61,954 nt of DNA, filler included, from Chiloscyllium plagiosum (GCF_004010195.1; 5 parts of one record of this genome joined end to end with filler, not necessarily neighbours in it); one strand, 5' to 3'; shown: positions 37,313 to 51,138, counted from the first letter of the whole stretch. Notes: generated by a model not told the origin, from the letters alone. Made by a program: numbers and translations.

Positions 37313-38959
37313 CTTTAATGCAAATTTGTGTCTGTGTACCTTCATCATGGACTTTGGAGGAGGTTACTACCTTGGTGTTCTGGTTGGAATCTCTAAGCCT
37401 GTTCGTGTTTGTGTTTGGTTCGTTCATATGGATATTACTGATCAAAGTATTAGAGATCATTGGAAAGCAGGCTGGAACCAGATTTCAAACTCTGTGTATC
37501 AAGAGCCAGGAAAAGGCTAAATCTAAGTTGATGGAAGAAAGGACTTGACTTTATACATCATTTTTCATGGGATCTGCATGTCCTAAAATGCTTCAAAACC
37601 AATAGAGTAGTTTTAAAATGTCATCTCTATATTTGTGTAGGAAACCTGTGTGTTGTGAAAGTGAATTAGCTTCTTGAAAGCACATTAATACATGCTGCTT
37701 CAAACTTGCTTTGCATCAAATAACACCGGTGAAAGATGAACTGCAATAATTATTCTGGAATAAAGTGCGTTTGTTTCATTTGAAACATCTGGAAACCAAA
37801 AGATAACTAGAATACACAAGGCGTATAACTTTTTTTGTTCTATCCCTCGGATTAGCACCTCTAAATGTGACACTGGGACAAAACACTTAGTTTTTGTGAG
37901 CAGGAGAAATAATTTTTTTTTAAAAAGAGAGGCTGTAAATGGTTTTTGTGATTTCAAAGAACTATTAGATGCTGTGATGCAAGCAATGATAGAAATATGC
38001 TGGAAACAGCTCAGCACTTGTGGGCAACAACAGAATCGAAGTTTTCAGATGTAGAACATTTTTAGCTGATCGTGGAATTATGGATGATCAGAATTATGAG
38101 TTAATGCTCATCTGTACTTACTGTTCTACACCTAACTATGAACTACTCTGTGCTTCATTTTTTTATATATTTCCACTATATTTCTTTTTGAGTTTCACAT
38201 TTGCAATTTTCAAAAAAGCATTTGCTTCAGAAAGAGGACGGTTGCAAAAGAGATGCGTACTCATCATCAGTCACTGAGCCACTGAATGTAAAGAAACCTA
38301 GATAGAGAATAGTATTGTCAGTGTTGACATTTCCTTATATTGTTACAAGCTCCCAAATATATGTATAGGTCTGGCAACTGCATTAGATTTAACCAAGATA
38401 AATAAGTGGAAAATTTATCTAGAATTTGCTAGAATCAACAAGGGAATCTTTTATCAAGAACTTTCAATAATAGACTGGAATTTTATTTATTCCATGGCCA
38501 TTGTGCATCTCTTAACCAACATCACTAAAACTGATCATGTAGACATTAACACACTGCAGATTTGAGATCCTGCTGCACTTTCTATATTTCAATAGTAACT
38601 AATTTTCAAAAGTATTTCCATTTGGCTACAATGTAGTTTGAGATATTCTAAGGTTGTTAAATGTGCTTTATTAACGGCAGTCCTTTTGTATTTGGGCAAC
38701 AGAAAATTCATATGCAACAGCATTGTGTTAATCAATACAAGCAAAGAGGCCCTCAAGTTACGTATTGAATAAAACAACCTTGACAAGCCTAGTTGTCAAA
38801 GATTAATCCTTAGTTTCTCAAACAGCCACTCAATTTGCATCAGATTACAGCACCATAGCAGAAAATTGCTTTTAGATTTCCAAATATAATATTTGTAAGT
38901 GATACTCGGACAGTTTTTATTCCTCGGGTATCAATAATAGTTTGATCATTTATACAAGG

Positions 38960-39285
38960 CCTACCACAATCAACCCATTGCCAGCCTTTCATGATCCCCA
39001 TTAGCATCTCTTCATTCTCTAGGCTGACCTTTTACCTTCTTTGTTTACCCAACTTTTTTTTCTCTCTTTGGGCTGTATCTCCACTTATTGTTTACTCCTT
39101 GGCCACCCCCCAACCTATCTTTAGCGTACTTTTCCTTTTCCCATGTTCTACAATCAGTTCTGAAGAAGGTTAATTGGACCCGAAATGTTAACTCTGCTTT
39201 TTCTCCACAGAGGCTGCCAGATTTGCTGAGTTTTTCCAGCCATTTCAGTTTTTGTTTATGATTTCCCGCATCTGCAGTTTTTTTC
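38960..39285 (+). mobile_element. Penelope-like 3' end/pLTR with hammerhead motif
   Basis: AGTT-CTGAAGA-A-GGTT..ACCC-GAAATGTT-AACT (39156-39193). Confidence 0.7.
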
Positions 39286-39834
39286 TTTGCTGAAGACTCT
39301 CATTGCTAGGACCTCATGAATCGACTGAGAGGGGCAATCATTCAAGGTGAAACTGGCAATTGGTAACAAATGCAGCACCTGTGTCCCATGAAACAATACA
39401 GGGGGAAAGAACAAAAACAATTTTATTGTCATGCAGATTGAGTAGCTGTTTGTTGCTGACTGTGACGAAACCTCAAGAATTGATCTTTCATGATCAAGCT
39501 TTTCAAGATTGTTCTAGCCAATATTGAACTCGAGAGCCCCTTTGCTTGCATTGACTAATACCATGCTGCTTCATGTGAATTTTCTGTTTGCATTAGAAAA
39601 TCTAATAGACTTGCCTTTTATATAGGAGCTTTCATGACCTGGCAATGCTAACATGCTTTACAGCCATTAAACCCAAAACATAGTTTGAATTTAGAGCCCA
39701 AGGGCAAGAATTAAGAGGTAGACCAATGCAAATTTAGGGATTGAATCGGTCTGGATTTAGGTTAGGTTGAAGGACGAAAGGACAGGGTGCTTTGTAGCAG
39801 TCCTGAACTTTCCAGAATTACATAAGTATTTTGT

Positions 39835-40173
39835 GGGCGGCACGGTAGCTCAGTGATTAGCACTGATGCCTCCCAGTGTCGGGGACATGAGTTCAGTTCC
39901 ATCCTGGGGTGACTGTGCAAACTCCACACAGATATTCTCCCTGTGTCTGTGTGCGTTTACTCTGGGTGCTTTGGTTTCCTCCTACAATCCAAAGGTAGCA
40001 AGGTTAAGTGGATTGGCCATGCTAAATTGTCCCATAGTATCCAGGGATGTGCAAGCCAAGTGGATTAGCTGCAGGGTTACAGGGATATGGTAGGTGGGTG
40101 GGATACTCTGTGGTGGGTCATTGTGGACTCCATGGGCCAAACAGCCTGCTTTCACATTGTAGGGATTCTATGA
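39835..40173 (+). mobile_element. HE1-type V-SINE, diverged
   Basis: Head, V-domain and tail. Confidence 0.82.
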
Positions 40174-40404
40174 AGTAAAACTATATGGTTTTAAAAAATC
40201 TTAAACTTGACATATGATTAACATTATGCTGTTTAATTCTTTTTCAAATGTTTTCCAAAGGGGGCAAATGCCATTCAATAACAGCAGCTTAATATTTGAG
40301 AGGTTAATTAATCAGATCCAAGCTACTGAATTGTTCAATCACCTTGTGGGAGCACAAGGTGGCGCCGACACAGTCATCAGTGCAGCGGAGGAAAAGATGG
40401 GGGA

Positions 40405-40846
40405 TGGCACTTCATCTTCCGCCTTGGGACCCTACAACCACATGGCATCAATGTCAACTTCACCAGTTTCCTTATCTCCCTCCCCCCCCAGATCCAACGC
40501 AGCACCTCCCTCTTGACCTGTCCCACCTGTCCAATTTCCTTCCCACCTATCCGCTCCACTCTCCCCTCTGACCTATCACCATCACCCCCTCACCTGCATC
40601 TACCTATTGTCTTCCCAGTTACCTTCCTCCATCCCCACCCTCACCCTCCTATTTGTCTCTCAGCCCCCTTCCCCCTGCCCTGCGACTCCCCCTGCCCTGC
40701 GACTCCCCCTCCCCCCACATTCCTGATGAAGTATTTATGCCTGAAACGTCGATTCTCCTGCTCCTCAGCTGCTGCCTGACCTGCTGTGCTTTTCCAGCGC
40801 CACACATTTCGACTGATTTCCAGTATCTGCAGTCCTCTACTTTCCT
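40405..40846 (+). mobile_element. Penelope-like 3' end (GIY-YIG C-terminus + pLTR)
   Basis: HFIFRLGTLQPHGINVNFTSF; CTGATGA...GAAACGTC at 40723-40750. Confidence 0.82.
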
Positions 40847-41589
40847 TCATTAGAAGCCCTGAGAGATTTTGTTCACCAGATAGGTTATGATATATGCTTC
40901 AGTTTGGACCTGGTACATTAACAGCTCAATAATTAAACCACAGTTTATAAAATGGTTTTAGTCCCTTTTGGAAAACCTATGAAACAGAATTTAACAGTAC
41001 AGTGTTTAAGTTGTTTTTATTTGGAGGCAAGATCAAAATCTGGTCATGCACTAGCAGTTACAGGGATATGATAAAAGGTACAGCTGTCTTTTAATGAAAA
41101 GGCACAATTTGTCTTTTGCACTGTGTATCCTAAGCAAAAAAACCTGCAGAGACACACTATAAAATTGCAACATGTAATGACTTCAAAATGTTACCTTGGT
41201 AATGCCAATCACAAGCATAACAATAATTACATTTAAAAAATCATCTTTTTAAATTGTTACCAAGGTAACATTTATTACAATTGGTCAGATTTCATTCATC
41301 GCAAGTCTATCCTTGGGATAAGCAGCCAGGTTGGAATATGTTTAATATCAAATAGACTGCTGTTCCCATGTGAGTGTGAACAATTCATGGCTTGACTTTA
41401 GGGCCTGATCTCCACTGGACATGTTTTCGGTCAGAGTTAGGGTGTCATGTAAAATATTGTGGATGGTCAGTCCACTGTCCTCCCACCTAATCCAGACATT
41501 CCCTTTATAACGGCTGGTGAGTATGCAGAAATCGGCAGATGAGTATGATTTGGAACACTTTGTGGGTTAGTGTGCATTGTTTTGTCTGT

Positions 41590-42140
41590 GTGTGTGTGTG
41601 TCCATTCCACTAGTCTATCTGAACCGCCAAGGAATTTAGTTTGTGGAGGTGAAGGTCTGGAGTCATATGTCGGCCAGACTGGGTAAAGATGGCAGATTTC
41701 CTTTCCTAAAGAACTTGAGGGAACTAGATAGGCTTTCCTTTACCACACTCAATGACAGATGCAGACACAGACTTGTTTTCAATTCTATGTTTATTAATTA
41801 AATTGAAATTCCATCAGCTTTAATGATGGGTGAAATAACTCTGTGGAGGCTGAATCTTGTCACCAAGTCATTTACACATGCACGGTACATGGACTCTGAC
41901 TAGCTAGCTAAGAGCCACTCCCTGGACTGAGGAGAATCCCTGAGAGTCCTGTTTATGTCTGTCAGCCAGGGCTCCTGGATTGGCTAGGTTAACAGCCCCA
42001 ATCAGGGACCTCATTCTCAGTCAGATCCACCTGGCCAACCTCGTTCTAATCACTACAGTGGAATTTAAATCCACATCCCCAGAGCATTCATCTAGGCCTT
42101 TGGTTTCTAATCCACTGACATTGATATGGTGCCATCATCT
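41590..42140 (-). mobile_element. tRNA-headed SINE with nested solo LTR (41831-42057)
   Basis: Reverse complement of the 25534-25885 family; insert runs TGAAATAAC...CACTACA. Confidence 0.72.
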
Positions 42141-44041
42141 CCTTTGAGATTATTGTTTGTGGGAAGCTAGTGGAAGCTTTGTATTGTGGGTTGGAAATTT
42201 GGCCAAATCTGTTTTCATATGAATTTTAAGATTTTTACAAAACCACTCCATTTATCTCCGGTAAGGTCAAACCGAAGCTCCAAAAATGACAGGGTAACCT
42301 CTCCTTTCCACAGCACCAAGCAGAATCTGTTTTTGTTTGGAATAAATTGTTCAAAGGAGTTTTGCATTCTCCTCCTCCTCTTCTAACAGACACCACCTCC
42401 CTCCCACAACCCCAACCAACGTCACCTCCCCCAGGAGCCACTTAAGGTTATGTGGTGTTGGGGACCTCTCGCTTAATGTTTGGATCTGATTTGAAGTCAG
42501 ATCAAGAATAAAATAAATGGCACCTCCGCAGACATTGGTATGACCCACCCTTCACTTGGGACTGTGGTTGGCGTGAGAAACAAATGGAATAAATCACTTT
42601 TGCAATGTTCTTAACAATAATAACGTTCTACAGTTTGTGTTGAATCAAGATGTATGCAGTTCATTATCAGCATTTAATAATCTGTGGTTTCTGGAGGAAG
42701 TACAGCATGTCTGAGTGCAGGTTTGCTTGTGAAAGCACAAACTTTAAATGAAAGAAGATGATGAGCTTGGAATATTTCAAAGTTTTGTTTATGTTTGCAG
42801 ATCTCTGTCTTGTTTGGTCAGATTGATATAATCTTTCATAAAAGATGGTCGTGATTGCTTGCAACGCATGGCCCTAGCCCTCAAAAGCAAACCTCAGTTT
42901 AAAGTTGGTTCACACTTCTCAGCAAATACAGGATTTTCAGCTTGTTCATTATAATGGAGTTTGTTTGAGGAGAGGACATAAGCAAATAGGACTGAGTATT
43001 CAAATTTGCCTTTTTTCTTTAAGTAGGCTGCTGGTGTGTGAAAATGGGAAGGTTGTTTGACTGACTGTGTCCCATTTTTAATGATGCATTCAAGTGTTTA
43101 GCAGTAATGTGACTGCTGCAACAAAGGCTGATTTTATCTTTTGTACCAAAGGCCAATGTTCCTTGCCATTGTGGTTCTGCAAGTATGGGCTATATCTACA
43201 TTGCCCAAAGCAAAAGCATGTTATGAACTTTGCTCATCTGGATGCAATGCAAGCAGTGAATAACTCTTCATTCTCTATAAGAGCATGAGAAAGCCATTCA
43301 ATAGGATGAGCCATGGAGTAGGCTATTCAGCCCCTCAAGCTTGTTTAGCCACTCAATAGAATAACTAATGATTTGACATTCTTCATGTCCACTTTCCTGC
43401 TTTCTCCTTGTAATCCTTGATTGCTCTACTGATCAAGAATCTATCCATCTCAGCCTTAAATATACACAAGGCCCCTGCTCCCACAGCTCCCTGTGGCAAG
43501 TAGTTCCAAAGACACATAGCCATCAGAAGAAATTCCACCTCATCTCAGACTTTAATTGTCACTCCTTTATTCTGAGATTATACCCTCTGGTCCTGGACCC
43601 ATCCCATGAAGAGAAATGCCTTCTCAGCAGCACTTATCCTGTCAAGCCTCTGAAGAGCGCAATATGTTGCAAAGAGATCACCTCCCATTCTTCTAAACTT
43701 CAGTGGGTAGCGACCCAACCTGTTTAGCCTTTGCTCATAAGAAAATCCCTCCATACCCAGGGATCATCCTAATGAACCTTTACTAAACTGCCGCCAATGA
43801 AATAATATATTTCCTTAAATAAGGGGAGCAAAACTGCTCACAGTACTCAAGATGTTGTCTTACCAGCATATTGTCCATTTGCAGTAAGACTTCTCTACTC
43901 TTATACTTCAACCCCTTTGAAATAAGGGCCAACACAGCACTAGCCTTCCTGAGTACCTGCTGTGCACAGGAACCCTAAGTCCTTTTTGTGTTGCTGCTTT
44001 CTGCAGTTTTTCTCTATTTAAATAATATTCTGTTCCTTGTA

Positions 44042-44168
44042 GGAGAAAGTGAGTCTGCAGATGCTGGAGATCAAAGTTGAAACTTTATTGCTGGAACAGC
44101 ACAGCAGGTCAGGCAGCATCCAGGGAACAGGAGATTCGACGTTTCGGGCACAGGCCCTTCTTCAGGAA
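44042..44168 (-). mobile_element. Young Penelope-like pLTR with 11-bp TSD
   Basis: TSD TGTTCCTTGTA at 44031-44041 and 44169-44179. Confidence 0.88.
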
Positions 44169-44169
44169 T
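44134..44169 (-). ncRNA. Minimal type I hammerhead ribozyme motif (intact core)
   Basis: Minus strand: AUUC-CUGAAGA-A-GGGC-CUGU-GCCC-GAAA-CG-UC/GAAU; stem I 4 bp, stem II 4 bp, palindromic ACGU stem III. Confidence 0.8.
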
Positions 44170-44726
44170 GTTCCTTGTACCCCATTCCAAAATAAACAAC
44201 TTCACATTTTCCTACATTACACTCCATTTGCCAATGTTTTGCCCACTTACTTAACCTATCACTATCTTTTTGTAAACTCTTGCCACCTGCCTTCCCACCT
44301 AGTTTTGTTGTCACCAGTTTTGGCAACTCTTCCAGGTTGGTTTGGAATCCTCAAAGGTTGAAGCTTAATATCACAAGCAACATTGTGAATAACATGGAAG
44401 AAAGATGGAATGGTTACAGCACAGAAAGGGGGGCTGTTCAGCTGCACCAGCTCAAGCTGGTCCTCTGCAAGATCAATTTTGTTTGTCCTGCAGTCCCTGG
44501 GGCAGAGCACTTGGAGGTAGGAGGTCATGTACTGTAACCTCCAGGAGGATACCTAACTGAAGTTGGCAACCATAAATTGAGGAGGGATGAGAGAAATTTT
44601 CAATGGATTAGAGTATTTCATTTTAAAATTTGGCACGTACAATCAAATAGCAAATTTTGATGGAACAAAATCATCATGAAACAGATGTATGGTGTCATAG
44701 GAAATGAGATGTTTTAGACTGTCTTT

Positions 44727-45046
44727 TAGATTAGATTAGATTACTTACAGTGTGGAAACAGCCCTTCAGCCCAACAAGTCCACACCGACCCTCTGAAGAG
44801 CAACCCACCCAGACCCATTCCCCTACATTTACCCCTTCACCTAACACTACGGGCAATTTAGCATGGCCAATTCACCTGACGTGCATATCTTTGGACTGTG
44901 GGAGAAAACCGGAGCACCCGGAGGAAACCCACGCAGACACAGGGAGAATGTGCAAACTCACACAGACAACTGCCTGAGGCAGGAATTGAACCTGGGTCTC
45001 TGGCACTGTGAGGCAGCAGTGCTAACCACTGTGCCACCATGCCGCC
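44727..45046 (-). mobile_element. HE1-type V-SINE, young full-length
   Basis: (TAGAT)n tail on plus strand; V-domain and head intact. Confidence 0.92.
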
Positions 45047-45049
45047 CTC

Positions 45050-47760
45050 TGGATAAACAAAACTTTTACTCAGATTCCCTCTAAACCATTTGATCCCCAC
45101 CTTTAAAGTTATGCCCTGTGGTGTTAGACACATCTGCCATGGGCAAGAGATTCTCATGATCTGTTCTATCTATGCCACTCATAATTTTGCATATCTTGAT
45201 CAGATCTCCTGTCAGCCTCATCTGTTCAAGGATAACAAGTCCAGCCTAATCTTGTCAGCTATAATCTTGTTTTATAGCTGAGACCTTTCATCCCAGGCAA
45301 CATCCTGGTGAATTTTGTCTGCACCCTGTCCAGTGCAAACACGTCTTTCCGATTGTGTGGTAACTAGAACTGAACACAGTATTCTATCTATGGCCTAACC
45401 AATGTTTTATTAAGTTGTACGAAGACTTCCTTGCTTCTAAATTCTACACCCTGGCTGATGAAGGCAAACATCCCGTATATCTTATTCACTACCTTGTCTA
45501 CCTGTGCTGACAACTTCAGGGATCCATGGACTTGTAGACCAAGGTCCCTCTGTTCCTCAATCCTCCCTAGGGATCCCAACCATTTATTGTGTATGTCCTT
45601 CCCTTGTTAGGCCTCCCAAAATGCATCACCTGGCACTTTGCAGAATGAAATTCTGTTTGCCATTGCTGTGCCCAATTTACGTGTTGGTCAATATCAGACT
45701 GGAGCCTGAGACCATCTTCCTCACTATCAATAACACCTCCAATTTTCATGTCATCTGTAAACTTACTGATTGTAACCTTTACATTCACATCTAAGTCATT
45801 AATATAAATAACAGACAGCAAAGGTCTTAGCACCAAATCTTGTAGGACACCTCTGGTCACAGGCTTCCTATTACAAAAACAACCCTCCACTCTTTGCCTC
45901 CTATTTGCAAGCCAATTTTGGATCCAGTTTGCTAACGTGCCTTGAATCCTTTCAGACCAGCCTTCTGTGTGGGGCCTTGTCAAAGATCTTACATCAGCAG
46001 CACTACCCTCATTAATATACTTAGTAACCTTTTCAATAAATTCAATAAATTAGTCAGGCAGGATCTCATTCTACCAAATCTGTGCTAACACTCCTTGATC
46101 AATTCCTGCCTTTCCAAGTATTGGTTAATCTTATCCTTCAGAATCTTTTCCAATAACTTCCCTACTACTGATGTCAGACTAACTGGTCTGTAATTACCAG
46201 GTCTATCCTTGCTGTCCTTTTTGTACAAAGGAACCACATTTGCTATCCTCCAGTCATCTGGCACTTCACCTCTGGCTAGTGGAGTGTTAAATATGTACTC
46301 CTCCCTTGCTTCCCATAGCAGCCTGGGATAGATCTCATCAGTCTTTGGGGATTTATGCACTTCTTGTTCCAGCTAAAACATCTAATACCTTGTCCTTATT
46401 AATCTTAATGTGTTCCAGAACTTCACCATCCCAAGAAAACCCCACAGCTATACTGTCATTCTTCTCTGTGTGTACATTCAAGACCTTACTCACATCCACT
46501 GGCTCCAAGGCCAGGTTACCATTTTGATCTCTGATAGGGTCCCATTCTTTCCCTGATAATCCTCTTACCCTGAATATACTTCTCAAAAGCCTTGGGGGTT
46601 TTCCTTGATCCCATCTGCTAAAGTTATTTCATGGCCCCCGTCTGCCCTCCTGATTAATTTTTGAATAAACCCCTTCCACTCTCTCTATACCTTTTGAAAG
46701 CCCTCCCTGTTTTAAATGCTCTGTACCTGTTATCAGCTTCCTTTTTTTTTAAATGTTTCCAACTCTCTTGATATCCCTTGACATCCACATTTCTCTGGAT
46801 TTGCTGCCTTTGCCTTTCACTGTTAGAGGAATAAACCCGCCGTGAATTCTCACTATACTGCTTTAAGACTCTTACTTTCCCAATATAAACTTACCTGAAA
46901 GTAACTGCGCCCAGTCTATGTTTGCCAGCTCCTGTCAAGTGATATTGAAGTTGGCCTTCCTCCAATTTAGGCACTTCACTTCTGCACTATCCTTATCCCT
47001 TTCATAATGTTTTGAAACTTAGAGTTAGCCACTATCCCCAAAATGCTTGCCCACTGAAACTTCAACCACTTGACCAACTTCATTCCCTGGGATTAGATCC
47101 AGCGCTGCCCCATCTCTATGGACTTTCTATGTACTTGCAGTAAAAGATCTTGTGGGGTGCACTTTCAAAATTCCACCCTGACTACTCCTTTCACATTCAG
47201 GTAATCCCAGTAATGTTAACAGAGTTAAAATCCCCAAAACGACATCTCTGTTTCTCTCACTCCTTTCTGTGTTATGCCAACATATCTGCTTCTCTGTCTC
47301 CTTCTGACTGTTCAGAGGCATGTAATATAATCCCAGCAACATGACTGCCCCTTTTTATTTCTAAGCCTTACTCAGAGCCTCCTTTGAAGAGCTTTCTTGG
47401 ATATACTCCGTCTTTGCTGCAGTGATGGTTTCCTTTATCGATAATGTAATGCCCCCAACTCTTTCTTCCCCACCCCGCCTATCAGTCAGAAACTTCTATA
47501 CCTTGGAATATTAAGCTACCAGACCTGTCCATCCTTCAACTATGCCTCTGTGATTGCAACATATACAGTATTCCTAAGTGCTAATCAATGCTCTAAAGTT
47601 CATCTGCCTTAGTCAAGTCTGCATTAAAATAGATACAATTTAGCTTTCTGGTCCTCACATGTGCATTATCCTGCCCATGTCTTCTCTGCCAATTGGACTG
47701 TACCAGCATTCCTTTTGGACCTGATTGGACTTTACATCTACTGTCTGCCCCCTTCCCTTG
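45050..47760 (-). mobile_element. Older CR1 LINE ORF2 (APE + RT), degraded
   Basis: ORFs 45388-45579, 45567-45983 (YINDLD..SKFTDDMK), 46085-46360, 46353-46586, 47127-47342. Confidence 0.85.
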
Positions 47761-48008
47761 TCAAATCAGTTAAAGACCTCAGTTATGGAAAAAGATGGAT
47801 ACTTCTCAGACCCTACGGAAGGTGGCATCATCATAACAGAGAAAATGGGAGAATGAGATTGGGTTTTTAACAGGAAGCATGGTGTGAGGATGTTTAGTCC
47901 AGATAACTATGGGGAAAAACATGTATGCCAATTTTTAAATGGGGAAAGATTTCAAATTCTGAAGCTCAAAGGGACTTAGGAGTCCTTGCTCAGGTTAACA
48001 TGCAGATT

Positions 48009-49730
48009 CATAGAACATAGAAGAATACAGCGCAATACAGGCCCTTTGGCCCTCGATGTTGCGCCGATCCAAGCCCACCTAACCTTCATTAGCCCACTAT
48101 CCTCCATATGCCTATCCAATGCCCGCTTAAATGCCCATAATGAGGCAGAGTCCACCACTGCTACTGGCAGGGCATTCCATGAACTCACGACACGCTGAGT
48201 AAAGAACCTACCCCTAACATCTGTCCTATACCAACTCCCCCTTAATTTAAAGCTATGCCCCCTCATAATAGCTGACTCCATACGTGGAAAAAAATTCTCA
48301 CTGTCGACCCCATCTAAACCCCTAATCATCTTGTACACCTCTATCAAGTCACCCCTAAACCTTCTTTTCTCCAATAAAAACAACCCAAAGTGCCTCAGCC
48401 TTTCCTCATACGATCTCCCTACTATACCAGGCAACATCCTGGTAAANNNNNNNNNNNNNNNNNNNNNNNNNNNNNNNNNNNNNNNNNNNNTTAATTAATT
48501 AANNNNNNNNNNNNNNNNNNNNNNNNNNNNNNNNNNNNNNNNNNNNTGGACGTCCTGCTTTTCAGCCTTCTTCCTAGTTCTCCGAAGTCCCGCTGTAGTA
48601 TGTTCCTCCTCTTCTTCCCGACATCATTTGTGCTGACATGTACCACCACCTCTGGCTCTTCACCTTCGTCCTTGAGGATTTCCTGCACTCTGTCTGTGAT
48701 GGCTTTAACTCTGGCACCAGGAAGGCAATACACCATCCTTAAGTCCCGCCTGCTGCCACAAAAACCCTGGTCAGTTCCTCTCACTATGGAGTCCCCTATT
48801 ACCACGGCTCTGTGCGATGTCGAACTCTTCCGCTCTGCCTCCATGCCAACTTTTGATTGACAGACCTGGCCGCCTCGCAGACTGGCAGTGTCATCTGTCT
48901 CTACAGTTTCCAAAGATTCAACTTGCTTCCCCCGGAGTCTCTTGCACCTGTCTCCTCTCTGCCTTCCTCATCGTCTGCTCTCTTCTGCTTTCTTGTGGTA
49001 TGGTCGGTGTAATAACCTCGCTGAAGGTCCTGTCCAGAAAGATCTCGTTCTCTCGGATGAGCCTAAGGTCCTCGAGTTCTTTCATCAGTGCTGCAATATG
49101 CTCTGTCAGTAACTGAACGTGCACATACTTTCCACACTTGTACGAGCCAGACGCACCAGAGTCGTTGACCTCCCACATCAAGCACGTAGCACACTGAACC
49201 AGCTTGGAAGTCATGTCTTCACACTCTTCAACTGTGGCGTAATCACTTCACTCAACCTCCTTGTCAAAGACTCTTGAGCTAAAGCCTCACTCTTCAGTCC
49301 ACAGGAACTTCCTTGGACACCCTTTTTGGGGCAAGTCTGTGGACTTTTAATTTAGGTTAGAGGAAGAGAGTGGGAGGGAGGCCCTACTTTGTAGGACCTG
49401 GGGTCTAGAACACACCCACTCAAATAACAATCACTTACCTTCCCGACCGGCTTTGCGCTCCGACTTCACTTCCGCCCAGCTCCCGCCACTCTCTGCTGCA
49501 AAAAGACCGTTGGCATTGAGGTAAGTTCTTAAATAACAATCACTTACCTTCCCGACCGGCTTTGCGCTCCGATTTCACTTCTGCCCAGCTCCCACCGCTC
49601 TCTCCTGCCCCCTCTCCCCTCCTCCCACACACGCACTGTAATCAGCCCCTCTCCCCTCCTCCCACACACACACTGTGATCAGCTCCCCTCTCTTCCTCCC
49701 ATGCGCATTAGCCCGGCTCTAAAAGCCGAT
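48009..49730 (-). mobile_element. CR1 LINE ends: tandem 5'UTR monomers, ORF1 (Zn-finger/leucine zipper + esterase), gap, 3' end
   Basis: ORF 48918-49214 (CATC..YKCGKY + heptad L), 48547-48913 (VIGDSIVRG), 48009-48446 3' end; 109-bp monomer repeats at 49422 and 49531. Confidence 0.9.
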
Positions 49731-49732
49731 AA

Positions 49733-50360
49733 GTCCCCTGGACCTGATGTGATGCATCATAGGATATTAAAGGAGCTAACTGCAGAGATCGTGAATGCAC
49801 TGCAAGTAATCTTACAGTAATTATTAGATTCTGGGGCAGTCTCAGAGCATTGGAAAGCTGCCAAAGCAACACTTTTATGTAGAAAGGAAAGAAGACAAAA
49901 CCCAGGTAACCATAGGCAAATTAGTTTAATGTCTGATATTGGGAAAATGTTAGAGTCTGTTATAAAGGATATAATAGCAGTCCATTCAGACAAAAATAAT
50001 ATGATGAAGCAGAGTCAGAATGGCTTTATAAAGGGGAAATCATGCTGAACAAACTCAGAATCTTTAGAGGTGGTAGCCGTCAGGATAAATAAAGAGGAGC
50101 CAGTGAATGTAATGTGTTTGGATTTACAGATGCTGTTAGACAATGTGCCATACATTAGGTTACTTAATGAGGTAAGAGCCCCTGGTCATGGAGATAGTTT
50201 ATTAACATGGATAAAGGATTGTCTGAATAATAGAAAACAGAGAGCTGGGATAAGGGAGGCAATAAATTTAAGGAGGAAATAGACAGATTTTGAAGTAGTA
50301 ATAGGTTCTGGCGAGCACACAGGAAAGTGGATTTGAGGCCAAGATAATGATCATGTTGAA
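49733..50360 (+). mobile_element. Old CR1-type RT fragment
   Basis: KSPGPD.MH.RILKEL, SQNGFIKGKSC remnants. Confidence 0.75.
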
Positions 50361-51138
50361 AATAGAACATACAACAATACAGCGCAGAACAGGCCCTTCG
50401 GCCCTCGATGTTGCGTCGACCCATGAATTAATCTAAGCCAACCCCCCTACACTATCCTATCATCATCCATATGCTTGTCCAAGGATGTGTAAATGCCCCT
50501 AATGTGGCTGAGTTAACTACATTGGCAGGTAGGGCATTCCACGCCCTTACCATTCTCTGAGTAAAGAACCTGCCTGTGACATCTGTCTTAAATCTATCAC
50601 CCCTCAATTTGTAGCTATGCCTCTTTCGTACAAGCCAACGCCATTATCCTAGGAAAAAGACCTTCACTGTCCACCCTATCTAATCCTCTGATCATCTTGT
50701 CTGTCTCTATTAAATCCCCTCTTAGCCGTCTTCTCTCCAATGAGAACAGACCTAAGTCCTCGTAAGACTTTCGCTTCAAACCAGGCAACATCCTGATAAA
50801 TCTCTTCTGCACCTTTTCCAATGCTTCCAGTAATAGGGCGACCAGAACTTTACATAATATTCCAAGTGAGGTCGCACTAGCGTTTTGTTGAGTTGCAGCA
50901 TGACATCACGGCTCCGGAACTCAATCCCTCTACCAATAAAACCAACACACCATATGCCTTCATAACAGCACTATCAACGTGGGTGGCAACATTCAGGGAT
51001 CTATGTACATGGACACCAAGATCCCTCTGCATATCCACACTACCAAGAATCTTTCCATTGACCCAGTATTGTACCTTTCTGTTATTCTTCCCAAAGTGAA
51101 TCACCTCACATTTATCTGCATTGAACTCCATTTCCCAT
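50361..51138 (-). mobile_element. CR1 LINE 3' fragment
   Basis: ORFs 50615-50821, 50877-51143; same tail as 19978-20207. Confidence 0.9.

Larger units (their letters stand above)
43300..44310 (-). mobile_element. Old CR1-type LINE 3' region with nested Penelope pLTR
   Basis: Degraded ORF2 C-terminus and 3'UTR. Confidence 0.7.

Noticed and set aside
42186..42450. Pro/Ser-rich stretch as exon 3
   Set aside because: No recognisable exon 3 motifs and no consistent open frame between splice sites.
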